Assembly (NCBI GenBank): GCA_021769035.1 | Contig: JAETTP010000001.1 | Span: forward strand, 35,408 to 99,407 | Length of the DNA: 64,000 bases | Origin: Bacillota bacterium | Lineage (GTDB): Bacteria > Bacillota > Dehalobacteriia > UBA4068 > UBA4997 | Direction of reading: 5' to 3' | In this document: in pieces, positions 18,554 to 28,586 of the stretch | Layout: each line of letters starts with the position of its first letter | Numbering within the stretch: position 1 is the stretch's first letter | Notes under the pieces: generated by a model | The model's database searches: none | Seen by the model: the letters and a program-made list of their open reading frames with translations, nothing else | What the model was told of the DNA's origin: nothing | Program-made: the position numbers and the translations under genes

Positions 18554-20422
18554 ATGTCAAACTATATAATTGATTCCATTTACAACGAGATTTCTAACGT
18601 GGCGGTTTTATCGTTGACAGCGCAAGATTTAGGCTTTTATGAAACAATAGACAGGACCGCCGAAACCGCGGAAAGGTTTATGCAATCGGCAGCGCTGCTG
18701 CTGCCGGAGCAATTCCTGGCTTTACAAATTACGACAGGCAAGGGCGAAAAAAAGCAAGTTCAGACTTTTTCCAGCGCCGGCGTTGGCATAACCAAGCAAG
18801 ATTTTGGCTGGCTGTTTCAGTCTGTCGCGGATATTGCTTCCTTTTCCGCCAATGCTCCCGCCCGACAGCCCGGCAGCCGGAACAAAATTTATAAACTGTG
18901 CCCAAAGCCCCAAAATACCACTGCACAGCCTGGCAACAGAAATGACGAAAAGGAAGAAGCGGCTTCTTTGAAATATCTTTCGCAGTTGTTTGACGAAATG
19001 GCCCAAACTGCTTCGTCTATGCAAATTCAAGCCGGCGTTGCGGCGGACAATACGCCAACCGGAATGCTTACTTTGAGCTTGCCCGACAAGCTGAGCTTGA
19101 AAATGCGCACCTTGCTCTCCCTGGCTTTTCCTAAAAACCAAGTGGAAAGGCTGGATTCGTCCGCTGCCGACAATGAGCTTCCGCTGGCATTTCTGCAAAG
19201 GATTATGTCGGACGTATTAATAACCCTGTTGAACGATTCCCACCGGCAAAAACCTACCAGCAATTATTATGATTATGATGATGATGCTTTTGAATATGTT
19301 GACGAGCACGATGACGAGGAGCCTCTGGAATACACGGAGCCGGAGCCCGCTTGCCAGCCGCAAAACGACGACACGCTCATTGATGAACTGGATTTGAGCG
19401 TCCGCTCCTATAACTGCCTGAAACGGGCCGGGATTAATACAGTTGGCGAACTCCGACGCTTACAAGACAAGGATTACCGTAATATCCGCAACCTGGGCCG
19501 GAAGAGCATTGAAGAAATCGAATACAAGCTGGCTGAAATTAGTCGGCAGACCGCGCCAGCCCAGCTGACCGCACGCAGCTATCTGGATATGCTGGATGAA
19601 CTGATCGGCCTCCAGGAAGTGAAGGAGCAGGTTCGGAAAATAACCGCCTTTGTTAAAATGAAGCAGGATATGGCAAAGCTCGGCAAGGATAACGTTCCGA
19701 TGGTTCTAAATATGGAGTTTGTCGGCAACCCCGGCACGGCCAAAACCACGGTGGCCCGGATCCTGGCCGGCATTTTGAATGAAATCGGCTTGCTTAAAAG
19801 CAATGAAATTGTGGAAGTGGGCCGGGCGGATTTGGTGGCCCAATACGTGGGGCAAACTGCCGACAGGGTGAAATCGGTGTTTAAACGGGCCAAGGGCAAG
19901 CTGCTTTTTATCGACGAGGCCTACTCCCTGCTGGAAAACAGCGAGGGCGACTTTGGGGACGAGGCGATAAACACCATTGTGCAGGAGATGGAGAACAACC
20001 GCAATGATACGGTGGTGATTTTTGCGGGCTATCCTGACAAAATGCGGGCCTTTTTAGCCAGAAACCCCGGCTTGCGCTCTCGCATTCCTTTCCACATCAA
20101 TTTCGCCGATTACTCCGCGCAGGAAATGACCTCGATTATGCTGCTGGAAGCTGACAAACGGGGCTTCGCCTTTGATAACTCGGCCGTGTTTGATCGGGCG
20201 CTGAGCCTTTGTGAAAGGGCGGTCGGCAACCCGGAAATGGGCAACGGGCGTTTCTGCCGCAATCTGGTGGAAAATGCCATACTCAACTACGCCCTCCGTA
20301 ACTACGGCGCCGAAGCTGAGGCGGAGCCCAACCACAAATTCAGTCTGGTCGCGGCGGATTTTGTCCTGCCGGAGAATGTGCGGGAGGAAAAAGCGGCAGC
20401 GCCCATTGGCTTTAGGGCCTAA
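18554..20422 (+). CDS. AAA+ ATPase of SpoVK/CbbX type fused to RpoA alpha-CTD-like HhH domain and novel N-terminal domain
   Basis: C-terminal Walker [10 protein letters not shown], Walker [18 protein letters not shown] typical of SpoVK. Residues ~275-330 match [20 protein letters not shown] alpha-CTD. 300-nt structured leader from TTGACA-17-TAAAAT at 18229. Confidence 0.75.
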   Translation: MSNYIIDSIYNEISNVAVLSLTAQDLGFYETIDRTAETAERFMQSAALLLPEQFLALQITTGKGEKKQVQTFSSAGVGITKQDFGWLFQSVADIASFSANAPARQPGSRNKIYKLCPKPQNTTAQPGNRNDEKEEAASLKYLSQLFDEMAQTASSMQIQAGVAADNTPTGMLTLSLPDKLSLKMRTLLSLAFPKNQVERLDSSAADNELPLAFLQRIMSDVLITLLNDSHRQKPTSNYYDYDDDAFEYVDEHDDEEPLEYTEPEPACQPQNDDTLIDELDLSVRSYNCLKRAGINTVGELRRLQDKDYRNIRNLGRKSIEEIEYKLAEISRQTAPAQLTARSYLDMLDELIGLQEVKEQVRKITAFVKMKQDMAKLGKDNVPMVLNMEFVGNPGTAKTTVARILAGILNEIGLLKSNEIVEVGRADLVAQYVGQTADRVKSVFKRAKGKLLFIDEAYSLLENSEGDFGDEAINTIVQEMENNRNDTVVIFAGYPDKMRAFLARNPGLRSRIPFHINFADYSAQEMTSIMLLEADKRGFAFDNSAVFDRALSLCERAVGNPEMGNGRFCRNLVENAILNYALRNYGAEAEAEPNHKFSLVAADFVLPENVREEKAAAPIGFRA

Positions 20423-20439
20423 GCGCGCCGCCTTTGTCC

Positions 20440-22158
20440 TTAGGCAGCCATCTCCACGGCCCGCTCCAAGGCGGCGTCAATATTCGGGCGGAAATTTTCC
20501 GCCCCCACCAAATCATACATGCCCGATTTTTGGAAAACCGACATCGGCTGCTCGTTCACATGCGAAAAGACCATTTGAATACCCTTGCTTTTGCACTCGT
20601 CGTAAAGGCGGTGCAGGCTGTTAATTGCCGTGATGTCCATGGCCGGCACGGCCCGCATGCGCAATATCAGCACCCGGCGGCCGGTGTTGCGTTCAATATG
20701 GGGAATTTTATCGGCCGCGCCGAAAAAGATGGGGCCGGTCAACTCATATACCATAACATGCGCCGGCACCGGCTTCATGCGGCCCTGTTCGTCGTTGCTA
20801 TCTTCCACGTATTCCCATTCCTTAACCTCGGTGACGTCGGCCATACGCTTCATAAACAGCAGACAAGCCAAGGAAAGGCCAACCACAATGGCTACAACCA
20901 GATCGAAAACCACGGTCAGCAAAAAGGTAACCAGCAAAACCGCCGCGTCGCTCAGCGGAGAGTGTTGGGCAACCTGCACCACGGTGCGCCAACCGCTCAT
21001 ATTGTAGGCCACCTGAAACAAAATGGCCGCAATGCAAGGCATCGGGATCAGCGCGGCATAGGGCATCAGCAGCACCAGCACCAAAAGCAGAACCACGGCG
21101 TGCACCATACCGGCCACCGGTGAACTGCCGCCGTTTTTAATGTTGGCCGCCGTGCGGGCAATCGCGCCAGTGGCCGGTATGCCGCCAAACAGGGCGGAGC
21201 CGGCATTGCCCACCCCCTGCGCCACCAGCTCCATGTTGGAGTTGTGGCGGGCGCCAATCATCTCGTCGGCCACCACGGCGGAAAGCAGCGATTCAATGGC
21301 CGCCAGCACCGCAATAGTGAAAGCGTCCGGCAGAACCGCCGCCACTGTTTCATAGGAAAAATTAGGCAGTGTTAAATGCGGCAGCGCGCTGGAGATGCTA
21401 TACAAATCGCCAATGGTGTTCACCGGCAAATCCAGCAGCTTCACCGCCCCGGCCGTCACCAGCACGGCAATCAGGGAGGCCGGGATTTTTTTCAGCACCA
21501 GCGGCCCTAAAAACAAGATCAGCAGGGCCAAAACGCCGATTCCCACCGCCGCCAAATTGAAAGTGGGAAAACAGCGCACCGCCTCCTCCAGCTTCCCCAT
21601 TGTGGCCACGGGGGATTGGCTGAACGTTAGGCCAAAAAAATCCTTCAGCTGGCCAATAATAATCGTGACCGCAATGCCGGCGGTGAAGCCCAGCGTGATG
21701 GTGTAGGGGATAAATTTAATCATGCTACCCATACGCAAAAGGCCCATTAAAATCAGCATGCCGCCGGCCAAAATGGTGGCCACAGCCAGCCCCTCCATAC
21801 CGTTTTTCGCCACAATGCCAGCCACAATGGTGGCAAAGGCGGCGGTGGGGCCGGCAATCTGCACCTTGCTGCCGCCCAGGGCGGAAATCAAAAAACCCGC
21901 CACAATGGCAGTGTAAAGCCCCTGTTCCGGGGACACGCCGGAGGCCAGAGCCAGGGCGATGGACAGGGGCAGGGCGATGATCGCAACAATCAAACCGGAA
22001 ATTAAATCCTTAACCAGAGTTTCCCGGGAATAATGCTTCAGGGAATGAATCAGTTGCGGGGTTAGTTCTCTCAATTTAATCTCTCCTTGCAATATCTGCT
22101 TAAACAGCAGTTTTAAAACACAATTTATAATTATACTCGCCGGCAAGGGAGATTTCAA
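20440..22158 (-). CDS. SulP-family anion transporter with C-terminal STAS domain
   Basis: SulP TM core and STAS domain. Confidence 0.85.
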   Translation of the reverse strand: MKSPLPASIIINCVLKLLFKQILQGEIKLRELTPQLIHSLKHYSRETLVKDLISGLIVAIIALPLSIALALASGVSPEQGLYTAIVAGFLISALGGSKVQIAGPTAAFATIVAGIVAKNGMEGLAVATILAGGMLILMGLLRMGSMIKFIPYTITLGFTAGIAVTIIIGQLKDFFGLTFSQSPVATMGKLEEAVRCFPTFNLAAVGIGVLALLILFLGPLVLKKIPASLIAVLVTAGAVKLLDLPVNTIGDLYSISSALPHLTLPNFSYETVAAVLPDAFTIAVLAAIESLLSAVVADEMIGARHNSNMELVAQGVGNAGSALFGGIPATGAIARTAANIKNGGSSPVAGMVHAVVLLLVLVLLMPYAALIPMPCIAAILFQVAYNMSGWRTVVQVAQHSPLSDAAVLLVTFLLTVVFDLVVAIVVGLSLACLLFMKRMADVTEVKEWEYVEDSNDEQGRMKPVPAHVMVYELTGPIFFGAADKIPHIERNTGRRVLILRMRAVPAMDITAINSLHRLYDECKSKGIQMVFSHVNEQPMSVFQKSGMYDLVGAENFRPNIDAALERAVEMAA

Positions 22159-22277
22159 GTATTTTGGCGTATTTTTTAGTAAAATAATACTGTATTATTA
22201 AGCCTCGGTTCGCCAGCTCAAAAGTTTTTAACGGTTCTGCGATTGACAAAAACAATTTTCAATGCTATAATATAAAT

Positions 22278-22370
22278 ATAAAGAGCCGACCCCTCAAACC
22301 GGGTCAGCCCTCAAAAGCTTCAGTTAAAAATAGCCGTTACCTTTGGAGCAGGGCGGCTATTTCTTTTTGC
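22278..22370 (+). ncRNA. antisense sRNA, family 1, putative type I antitoxin (copy C)
   Basis: TTGACA(22243)-17-TATAAT(22266). Body aaagagccgacccctcaaaccgggtcagccctc. Terminator aatagccg...cggctatttcttttt shared with convergent peptide C. Confidence 0.5.
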
Positions 22371-22440
22371 AATGGGTTAATATCACATCTGCCAACGCTA
22401 TAAGTACTAATAAAAACGTTGCGACCTCCATAAAACTCAT
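22357..22440 (-). CDS. 27-aa hydrophobic peptide (MSFMEVATFLLVLIALADVILTHCKKK), putative type I toxin copy C
   Basis: One residue different from copy A. Same GAGGAGG SD with CCTCCTC anti-SD. Minus-strand promoter TTGCAT(22602-22597)-17-TATAAT(22579-22574). Homologous ~130-nt 5' UTR. Confidence 0.55.
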   Translation of the reverse strand: MSFMEVATFLLVLIALADVILTHCKKK

Positions 22441-22682
22441 CAACATCACCTCCTCTCCTTGCGTTGAGGAGGGCCCCAATCCCTCAGTCAGCCAACTGTA
22501 CATTTTTCACCAATGCACCGTTTAACTTCCAAGGGCTAACCGCCTGTCTGAATTTTCAGCTCTTTGTATTTATATTATACAACCTTTTAGTTTTGTATGC
22601 AAGCTTATTTTAAAGTTGCCAAATCCTCCCTGCTTGTGCTATAATATATATTTAATAACCAGCACAAGCGAGGGATTTTTTT

Positions 22683-23933
22683 ATGCAAACTAAGGAACTT
22701 TATCAGATAAAAATTTACCAAAACCAGCCGGCGAAGACCCCAGCCGCTTTCGCGGACTGGCTAAACCCGCAGCAAACCGCCCCGGTGCAGCGTTTTCACC
22801 AAACCCTGCCGGATTATCAGCCCACGCCGCTTTTGGCCCTGCCCAATTTAGCGGCGGCCGGCGGCGTGCGGCAAGTGCTCGTTAAGGACGAGGCCAAACG
22901 CTTCGGCCTGAACGCTTTCAAAGCCCTGGGCAGCAGCTGGGCCATGGCCAGCCTGCTGGCTGACCGCATCCGGGTGCAGGCCGCTTTCCAAAACGAGGGG
23001 CTGGCCGCCCTGCAAACCCCGGCCGCCCGACAAGCCTTGCAGCAGCAGCAAATCGCTTTTTGCACCGCCACCGACGGCAACCACGGCCGCGGCGTGGCCT
23101 GGGCCGCCCGGCTTTTCGGCTGCCCAGCGCACGTGTATATGCCCGCCGGCACGGAGCCGGAGCGTCTGCAAAACATCGCCGCGCTGGGGGCGCAGGTTTG
23201 CAACACCGGCCTTTCCTATGACGAAACCGTGGCCGTGGCCGCCAGCCAGGCCCAGGCTAACGGTTGGCTGCTGGTGCAGGACACCAGCCTGCCCGATTAC
23301 ACGGCAATCCCCCAGCTAATCATTCAGGGCTATTCCACTATCGCGGCAGAATTATTAGAGCAACTCCACGCCCAGGGCGGCCCTGCGCCCACGCACGTTT
23401 TTTTGCAAGCCGGAGTAGGCTCCATGGCCGGCGGCATGCTGGCTTTTCTGGCCCAGGCCTTTGCCGCCCAGGGTTGGCCGCCGCCTGCTTTCATCATCGT
23501 GGAACCGACGGCGGTGGCCTGCTGTGCGCTGGCCGCCCAAACCGGGAATATGCAGGCCCAAATTGCCGGCGTGCAGCAAACAATTATGGCCGGGCTAAAC
23601 TGCGGCACGCCTTGCTCTGTGGTTATGCCGCTGTTGGCGGAGCGGGCCGCCGTTTTTGCCGCCTGCCCGGACTTTGTGGCAGCCCACGGCATGCGGCTGG
23701 CTGCCAACCCTCTGCCGGGCGACCCGGCCTTTGTGGCGGGCGAATCCGGCGCGCCGGGCCTGGGCCTGGCCGCCCTGCTGCTGCAAAAACCCCGGCTGCA
23801 ACCACTGCGCCAAATGCTAAACCTAAACGCCGCCTCCGTGCTGCTCTGCCTGAACACCGAGGGCGACACCGTGCCGCGGATTTGGCGGCAGGCGCAGGCC
23901 GGCGGCTGGCCTCTGCCCCCGGAATTAAGCTGA
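22683..23933 (+). CDS. PLP-dependent enzyme, Trp-synthase-beta fold (diaminopropionate ammonia-lyase-like)
   Basis: NAFKALG PLP-lysine motif. ~416 aa. Subfamily assignment is tentative. Confidence 0.6.
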   Translation: MQTKELYQIKIYQNQPAKTPAAFADWLNPQQTAPVQRFHQTLPDYQPTPLLALPNLAAAGGVRQVLVKDEAKRFGLNAFKALGSSWAMASLLADRIRVQAAFQNEGLAALQTPAARQALQQQQIAFCTATDGNHGRGVAWAARLFGCPAHVYMPAGTEPERLQNIAALGAQVCNTGLSYDETVAVAASQAQANGWLLVQDTSLPDYTAIPQLIIQGYSTIAAELLEQLHAQGGPAPTHVFLQAGVGSMAGGMLAFLAQAFAAQGWPPPAFIIVEPTAVACCALAAQTGNMQAQIAGVQQTIMAGLNCGTPCSVVMPLLAERAAVFAACPDFVAAHGMRLAANPLPGDPAFVAGESGAPGLGLAALLLQKPRLQPLRQMLNLNAASVLLCLNTEGDTVPRIWRQAQAGGWPLPPELS

Positions 23934-24001
23934 AAATAGCCAATTAAATATGGAAGTAACTGAAAATATATTTAAATGAATAAATAGGAGTAAATGACAC
24001 A

Positions 24002-24616
24002 TTGCTACAACTAATCAACGCTTTGGAAGCGGAAAACCCGAAATATTTACGCCTGCTGAAACGCCTGTTCAAGCAGGCCTTTCCCCGTTTTGAGCGCAAG
24101 CCCTGGCGGCTGCTCTGCCAAAAGGCGGCCGCCGGCCAGGCGGAGCTGCTGGCTGTTTACGACCGCCAACAGCCCGGCCGTTTTTGCGGTCTGGCCATTT
24201 GCCTGTTCTGGCGGGATTTGGTACTGCTGGATTATCTAGCCGTCTGCCCACAGCTGCGAAACCTTGGACTGGGCCGGCAAATTTTGCCGCTGCTGCGCCA
24301 ACGCTACGCCGGCCGCCGTCTGCTGCTGGAAACTGAACGCCCCGGCAGCCCGCACACCAACTATGCTAATTGCTGCCGCCGCCTGCGCTTTTACGCGGCT
24401 TGCGGCCTGCAAGATACTGGCGTGGCCGTGCGCCTGTATATCAGCGAGTATCTGCTGCTTTGGACGCCGGGCGAGGCTCTGGCCGGCCAGCCAACCGCGC
24501 CGCCGCCCGGCTTTGCCGATTACTGCGGGCTTTACAACAGCCTGTTCGGCGAGCTCACCGCCTGGCGGCTACATATCCAAGAATTAAGCGGAAACGGAGG
24601 AAATTATTTTGCTTAG
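24002..24616 (+). CDS. GNAT-family N-acetyltransferase
   Basis: GNAT motif A region LGLGRQIL. Confidence 0.6.
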   Translation: MLQLINALEAENPKYLRLLKRLFKQAFPRFERKPWRLLCQKAAAGQAELLAVYDRQQPGRFCGLAICLFWRDLVLLDYLAVCPQLRNLGLGRQILPLLRQRYAGRRLLLETERPGSPHTNYANCCRRLRFYAACGLQDTGVAVRLYISEYLLLWTPGEALAGQPTAPPPGFADYCGLYNSLFGELTAWRLHIQELSGNGGNYFA

Positions 24617-25580
24617 AACTCTGCCCAATGCCTCGGCCAATCAAATACTGGACTTTAAGCCGGTCACCCTGGCCGATAAGCCGGAGCTGACGGCCTTGCT
24701 TAGCCAAATCCGCCCCACCATCGTGGAGCAATCCTTTAACACCCTGTTCCCCTGGCAACAGCCCCACGCCTATCATTGGGCGCGGCTGGCCGATTGGCTG
24801 CTCATCCGCACCACCTATCAGGGGCGCACCTCATTTTTGCCGCCGCTGGGGCCCAGCCAAAACTACGGCCGGCCCTTGGCCGCTCTGGAGGCCTACGCCG
24901 CCGCGCTGGAGCTGCCACTGGTCTTTTCGGAAGTCACCCTGCCCTGGCGGGAGCTGATTTTGCAGGAGCGGCCGGGCCAATTCCAAATGTTTAGCGACCG
25001 CAACGCCGCCAATTATGTCTATCGCATTGCCGACCTTACCAATTTAAGCGGCAAAAAATATCACGCTCAAAAAAATATGCTGAACCACTTTAAACGCAGC
25101 TATCCGGAATATCAGTTCCGGCCACTGACCCCGGCCCTGCTGCCGGCCTGCAACGACGCGCTGGAGCGTTGGTGCGCGGAGCACCAAAACAACTGCACCA
25201 ATTTCCCCACCCTGCGCCAGGAAAGCCAAGCTATCCGCTGCATGTTTGACCACTGGGGCCAGCTGGAGCTTTTCGGCGCCTGCATTTTGTTGCAGGGCCA
25301 GGTGCAGGCCTTTGCCATTGCCGAGATTTTGAACGACGATACTGTGGCCGTGCTGATTGAAAAGGCCAACAGTGAAATCAAAGGGCTTTATTCCGCCATC
25401 AATCAGATGTTTTTGGCAGAATATTGGCAGGATTTCACCTACGTCAATCGGGCGGAGGATTTGGGCCTGGCCAATCTGCGCCGCACCAAGCTGGCCTATC
25501 TGCCGGCCCGGCTGGAAATGAAATATATTCTTTATCCCAGCGGTTGGCGGCAGAGCCGGAAAGGAGCCGCCCATGCCTAA
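24609..25580 (+). CDS. DUF2156 (MprF C-terminal lysyl-PG-synthase-like) domain protein
   Basis: Family resemblance to LPG_synthase_C domain. TTG start after GGAGGA. Confidence 0.5.
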   Translation: MLRTLPNASANQILDFKPVTLADKPELTALLSQIRPTIVEQSFNTLFPWQQPHAYHWARLADWLLIRTTYQGRTSFLPPLGPSQNYGRPLAALEAYAAALELPLVFSEVTLPWRELILQERPGQFQMFSDRNAANYVYRIADLTNLSGKKYHAQKNMLNHFKRSYPEYQFRPLTPALLPACNDALERWCAEHQNNCTNFPTLRQESQAIRCMFDHWGQLELFGACILLQGQVQAFAIAEILNDDTVAVLIEKANSEIKGLYSAINQMFLAEYWQDFTYVNRAEDLGLANLRRTKLAYLPARLEMKYILYPSGWRQSRKGAAHA

Positions 25581-26541
25581 GCCAGCTTATCTTCTGCGCC
25601 AAGCTGCCGCCGCTGATATTCCGGCCTTGCAACAGCTTTGGCGCGCCAGCTTTGCCGAGGATCGCGAGGGGCCTTTTGTGGAGTGGTACTTCCGCAAGCG
25701 TTTTCAACCCCAAAACTGCTGGCTACTAACAACCCAGCAGGGGGAGGTTGCCGCTATGTGCCACGCTCCACTGGTAACTATTCAGCAACGGGAAGCAGGC
25801 AAAATAAGCGTGCCTTATATTCAGGGCGTAGCCACGACGGAGGCGCACCGGGGGCGCGGCCTCTGCCATCGGCTGCTGGCCGCGGCGGAGACGGAGCTGA
25901 CCGGCCGGGGCTTTCCCTTTTGTCTGCTCAAGCCGTTTGACCCAGCTTTTTATGAGCCGCAGGGCTATCGCTTTTGCACCTATCTGCGCCAATACAATAT
26001 TGACCTAAACCAACATTTTTTGGAGCGTTTGCCGGCTTATGAGCTGAATTTTCGGCTGGAATTTTATCTGAACCCAGCAACCGGGGCGGCGGCCAGCGAG
26101 GTAGCGGCGGTTTATCGGCAATGGTGCCGGCAGCCGGGCGGGCCGGCGGCTTTCGGCTTCCGCACAGCGACGGAGGCATCCTTGCTGTTGCAGGACCACG
26201 GGCAAGACGGCGGCCAACTGCTTTTGGCCCGCGCCGCCGACGGGCAGCCGTTGGCCTACGCGCTTTACACCGCCACCGCAAACGGCCTTTTTGTGCGGGA
26301 GCTGGCTTTTGAGCAACCGCAGTTTGCAGAAAAATTGCTGCGGGCCCTGGCTGCCGATTACCGAGAGGACACCCCGGCGGCCGTAATCATCACCCCGGAC
26401 AATGCCGCCTGCGCCCAGCCCCTGCCGCAAAACCTGGCCGGCTGGCAGGTTTTGCCCTTTGCGATGCTAAAACCCTTGACTAAACCCGCGCCGGAGTGCT
26501 ACAATATGATGAGAGGAGCGCACTTCTACGAATACTTTTAA
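25573..26541 (+). CDS. GNAT acetyltransferase, Eis-like
   Basis: N-terminal GNAT fold (VATTEAHRGRGLCHRLL) with extended C-terminal domain. Confidence 0.6.
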   Translation: MPKPAYLLRQAAAADIPALQQLWRASFAEDREGPFVEWYFRKRFQPQNCWLLTTQQGEVAAMCHAPLVTIQQREAGKISVPYIQGVATTEAHRGRGLCHRLLAAAETELTGRGFPFCLLKPFDPAFYEPQGYRFCTYLRQYNIDLNQHFLERLPAYELNFRLEFYLNPATGAAASEVAAVYRQWCRQPGGPAAFGFRTATEASLLLQDHGQDGGQLLLARAADGQPLAYALYTATANGLFVRELAFEQPQFAEKLLRALAADYREDTPAAVIITPDNAACAQPLPQNLAGWQVLPFAMLKPLTKPAPECYNMMRGAHFYEYF

Positions 26542-26624
26542 TGAATACATTTATTAATAAATTCCTTTATTAATAAAGTTTCTGCAAAGCTCCAGCCACT
26601 CACAGGCAAATGAAAGGAGAAAAT

Positions 26625-27287
26625 ATGCCCCGAAAAAAACGCAATCGTCCCCGCAAACCGCCGCGCCGGCTGCGCGAGGAGATTGTTTTACTGTTTTGTC
26701 TGCTGTTGATCTTTCTCTGCGGCAGTATTCTGGTGGGGCCGACCCTGCTAAGCAACCCCCAAAAGGAAATTGAGAATGTTTACATTTACCAGCGCATGGT
26801 AAACACCAGCAATATCAGTGAGCTTTTGGCGCAAAAAAATATCAACCTGGGCGAATCCGCCAAAATCAAAGCTCTGTTGCGCGATTCCCTGCCGGCCGGC
26901 AATTATCTGAAAAGCTTCGACATCACCCTGAACAAGCTAACCGTCACCTATGACCTCACCGAAGCTTCCGGCAGCACCCAAGAAAGCTACGATGAATTTT
27001 GGACGGCAGACAACACGGAGCAAATCATTATGTATAACACCGCCGCCTTGTTTGTGTTGGTGCGCAATCTGGAGGTGGTGGAAATTAACGTGACGGGCTA
27101 CAACTTCCCCACCTGCATTTTCACGGCGGAGCAGGCCGCCAGCATCTTCAAGCTGGAAACGCTTTCGCAAATTGACACCTCGGTGGAGTGGCAGCAAGCG
27201 TTGATTATGCAAGGCGTTTACGACGCTGAAACCCGCGCTGCTTTTTTTGAAATTTATCCACTGGAACGCCCCGGCGGCGCCATATAA
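26625..27287 (+). CDS. hypothetical membrane-anchored protein
   Basis: Arg/Lys-rich N-terminus, single TM. GAAAGGAGAAAAT RBS. Confidence 0.5.
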   Translation: MPRKKRNRPRKPPRRLREEIVLLFCLLLIFLCGSILVGPTLLSNPQKEIENVYIYQRMVNTSNISELLAQKNINLGESAKIKALLRDSLPAGNYLKSFDITLNKLTVTYDLTEASGSTQESYDEFWTADNTEQIIMYNTAALFVLVRNLEVVEINVTGYNFPTCIFTAEQAASIFKLETLSQIDTSVEWQQALIMQGVYDAETRAAFFEIYPLERPGGAI

Positions 27288-27309
27288 TTTAACTACAAGG
27301 AGGTAAGCC

Positions 27310-27675
27310 ATGACCATTAATTCCAAGGGCCTGTTCTTCACTGACTTGCTGGCCGCTCAGCCAGCCGACGCCTTTGCCGTCAACTTTCGGCGCACCGTCA
27401 GCCGCGAGCTTTTAAAACGCTGCGGCGAGCTGGAGCTGACCCCCGGCAAATTGGCCAAAAAAGCCAATATACCGTTAAGCACCCTGAACAACGTGTTAAA
27501 CGGCATCAGCATTAACCCCGGCATACTCACGCTGCTTTCCGTCTGCGAGGGGCTGGAGCTGCGCCTGGACGATGTTGTGCATACCGCATTTGAGGCGGCC
27601 GCCCAAGCCCAGGAAGCTTTGGCAGCGGCGCAAACTCCCTCGGCAGAAGCCCAAACCACAGGAGGCGATTTATAA
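27310..27675 (+). CDS. HTH (XRE-like) domain protein
   Basis: LTPGKLAKKANIPLSTLNNVLNG HTH. Confidence 0.6.
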   Translation: MTINSKGLFFTDLLAAQPADAFAVNFRRTVSRELLKRCGELELTPGKLAKKANIPLSTLNNVLNGISINPGILTLLSVCEGLELRLDDVVHTAFEAAAQAQEALAAAQTPSAEAQTTGGDL

Positions 27676-28586
27676 TGACCAACAACTTTCCCGCCAGTCT
27701 GCGTTTTTGCAAAATGCAAGGCTGCGGCAACGATTTCATTTTGTTAAACGGCTTCAAGCAAAAGCTGCCCACCGACGGCTCTTTGATGGGCCTGCTGGCC
27801 CAGCGGTTTTGCCACCGCCGCTTTGGCGTGGGAGCGGACGGCGTTTTGGCTCTTTATCCGGCCAGCCAGCCGAATTGCGATTTTGAAATGCGCCTTTTCC
27901 AGCCGGATTGCTCCGAGGCGGAAATGTGCGGCAACGGCATCCGCTGCGCCGCTGTTTTTGCCATTGAGCAGGGCATTGTTCCTGCCGACAAGCGCGATTT
28001 AGCAGTGCAAACGCTGGCCGGGCGTATCCTGCCCAGCGTCAGCCCGGATTTACAACAGGTGCGGGTGGATATGGGCCTGCCGCGCCTGGCCCCGGCCGCC
28101 ATACCCTGCACCCTGCCAGCCGGCCCCAACGAGCGGCTTTTGGAGCAGCCTTTGGAGGTTATGGGCCGGGAATTCAAATTCTCCGCCGTATCCATGGGCA
28201 ACCCCCACGCGGTAATCTTTATGGACTCGCCCGTGCAAAGCGCCGTGGTGGAACAATTCGGCCCGCTACTGGAAAAACATAGCTGTTTTCCGGCCCGCGC
28301 CAATATTGAGTTTGTACAGGTACAGGATGAGCACAATCTCCAGGCCCAAGTTTGGGAGCGAGGCGTGGGGCCAACCCTGGCCTGCGGCACCGGGGCCTGC
28401 GCTATTGCCGTGGCGGCGGTGCTGACCGGCCGCGGCCAAAGCCCGCTGAACATTCATCTGCCCGGCGGCACCCTGCAAATTGACTGGGCTGGCGAGGGCC
28501 ACCCGGTTTATATGACCGGCCCCGCGCAGGTGGTTTTCAGTGGCCAAATTGAGCTGGCCCAAGTCCTCAAGGAGGCCGCCCTTTGA
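27675..28586 (+). CDS. dapF: diaminopimelate epimerase
   Basis: FCKMQGCGNDFIL and CGNGIRC active-site motifs. Confidence 0.9.
   Translation: MTNNFPASLRFCKMQGCGNDFILLNGFKQKLPTDGSLMGLLAQRFCHRRFGVGADGVLALYPASQPNCDFEMRLFQPDCSEAEMCGNGIRCAAVFAIEQGIVPADKRDLAVQTLAGRILPSVSPDLQQVRVDMGLPRLAPAAIPCTLPAGPNERLLEQPLEVMGREFKFSAVSMGNPHAVIFMDSPVQSAVVEQFGPLLEKHSCFPARANIEFVQVQDEHNLQAQVWERGVGPTLACGTGACAIAVAAVLTGRGQSPLNIHLPGGTLQIDWAGEGHPVYMTGPAQVVFSGQIELAQVLKEAAL

Noticed and set aside
20434-21123. 229-aa plus-strand ORF
   Set aside because: Antisense to the SulP transporter. No RBS. His/Gln-rich nonsense.
23264-23947. 227-aa Arg/Gly/Ala-rich ORF and several 70-180 aa ORFs on both strands
   Set aside because: Overlap the PLP-enzyme gene in alternative frames. 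Composition typical of GC-rich off-frame translation.
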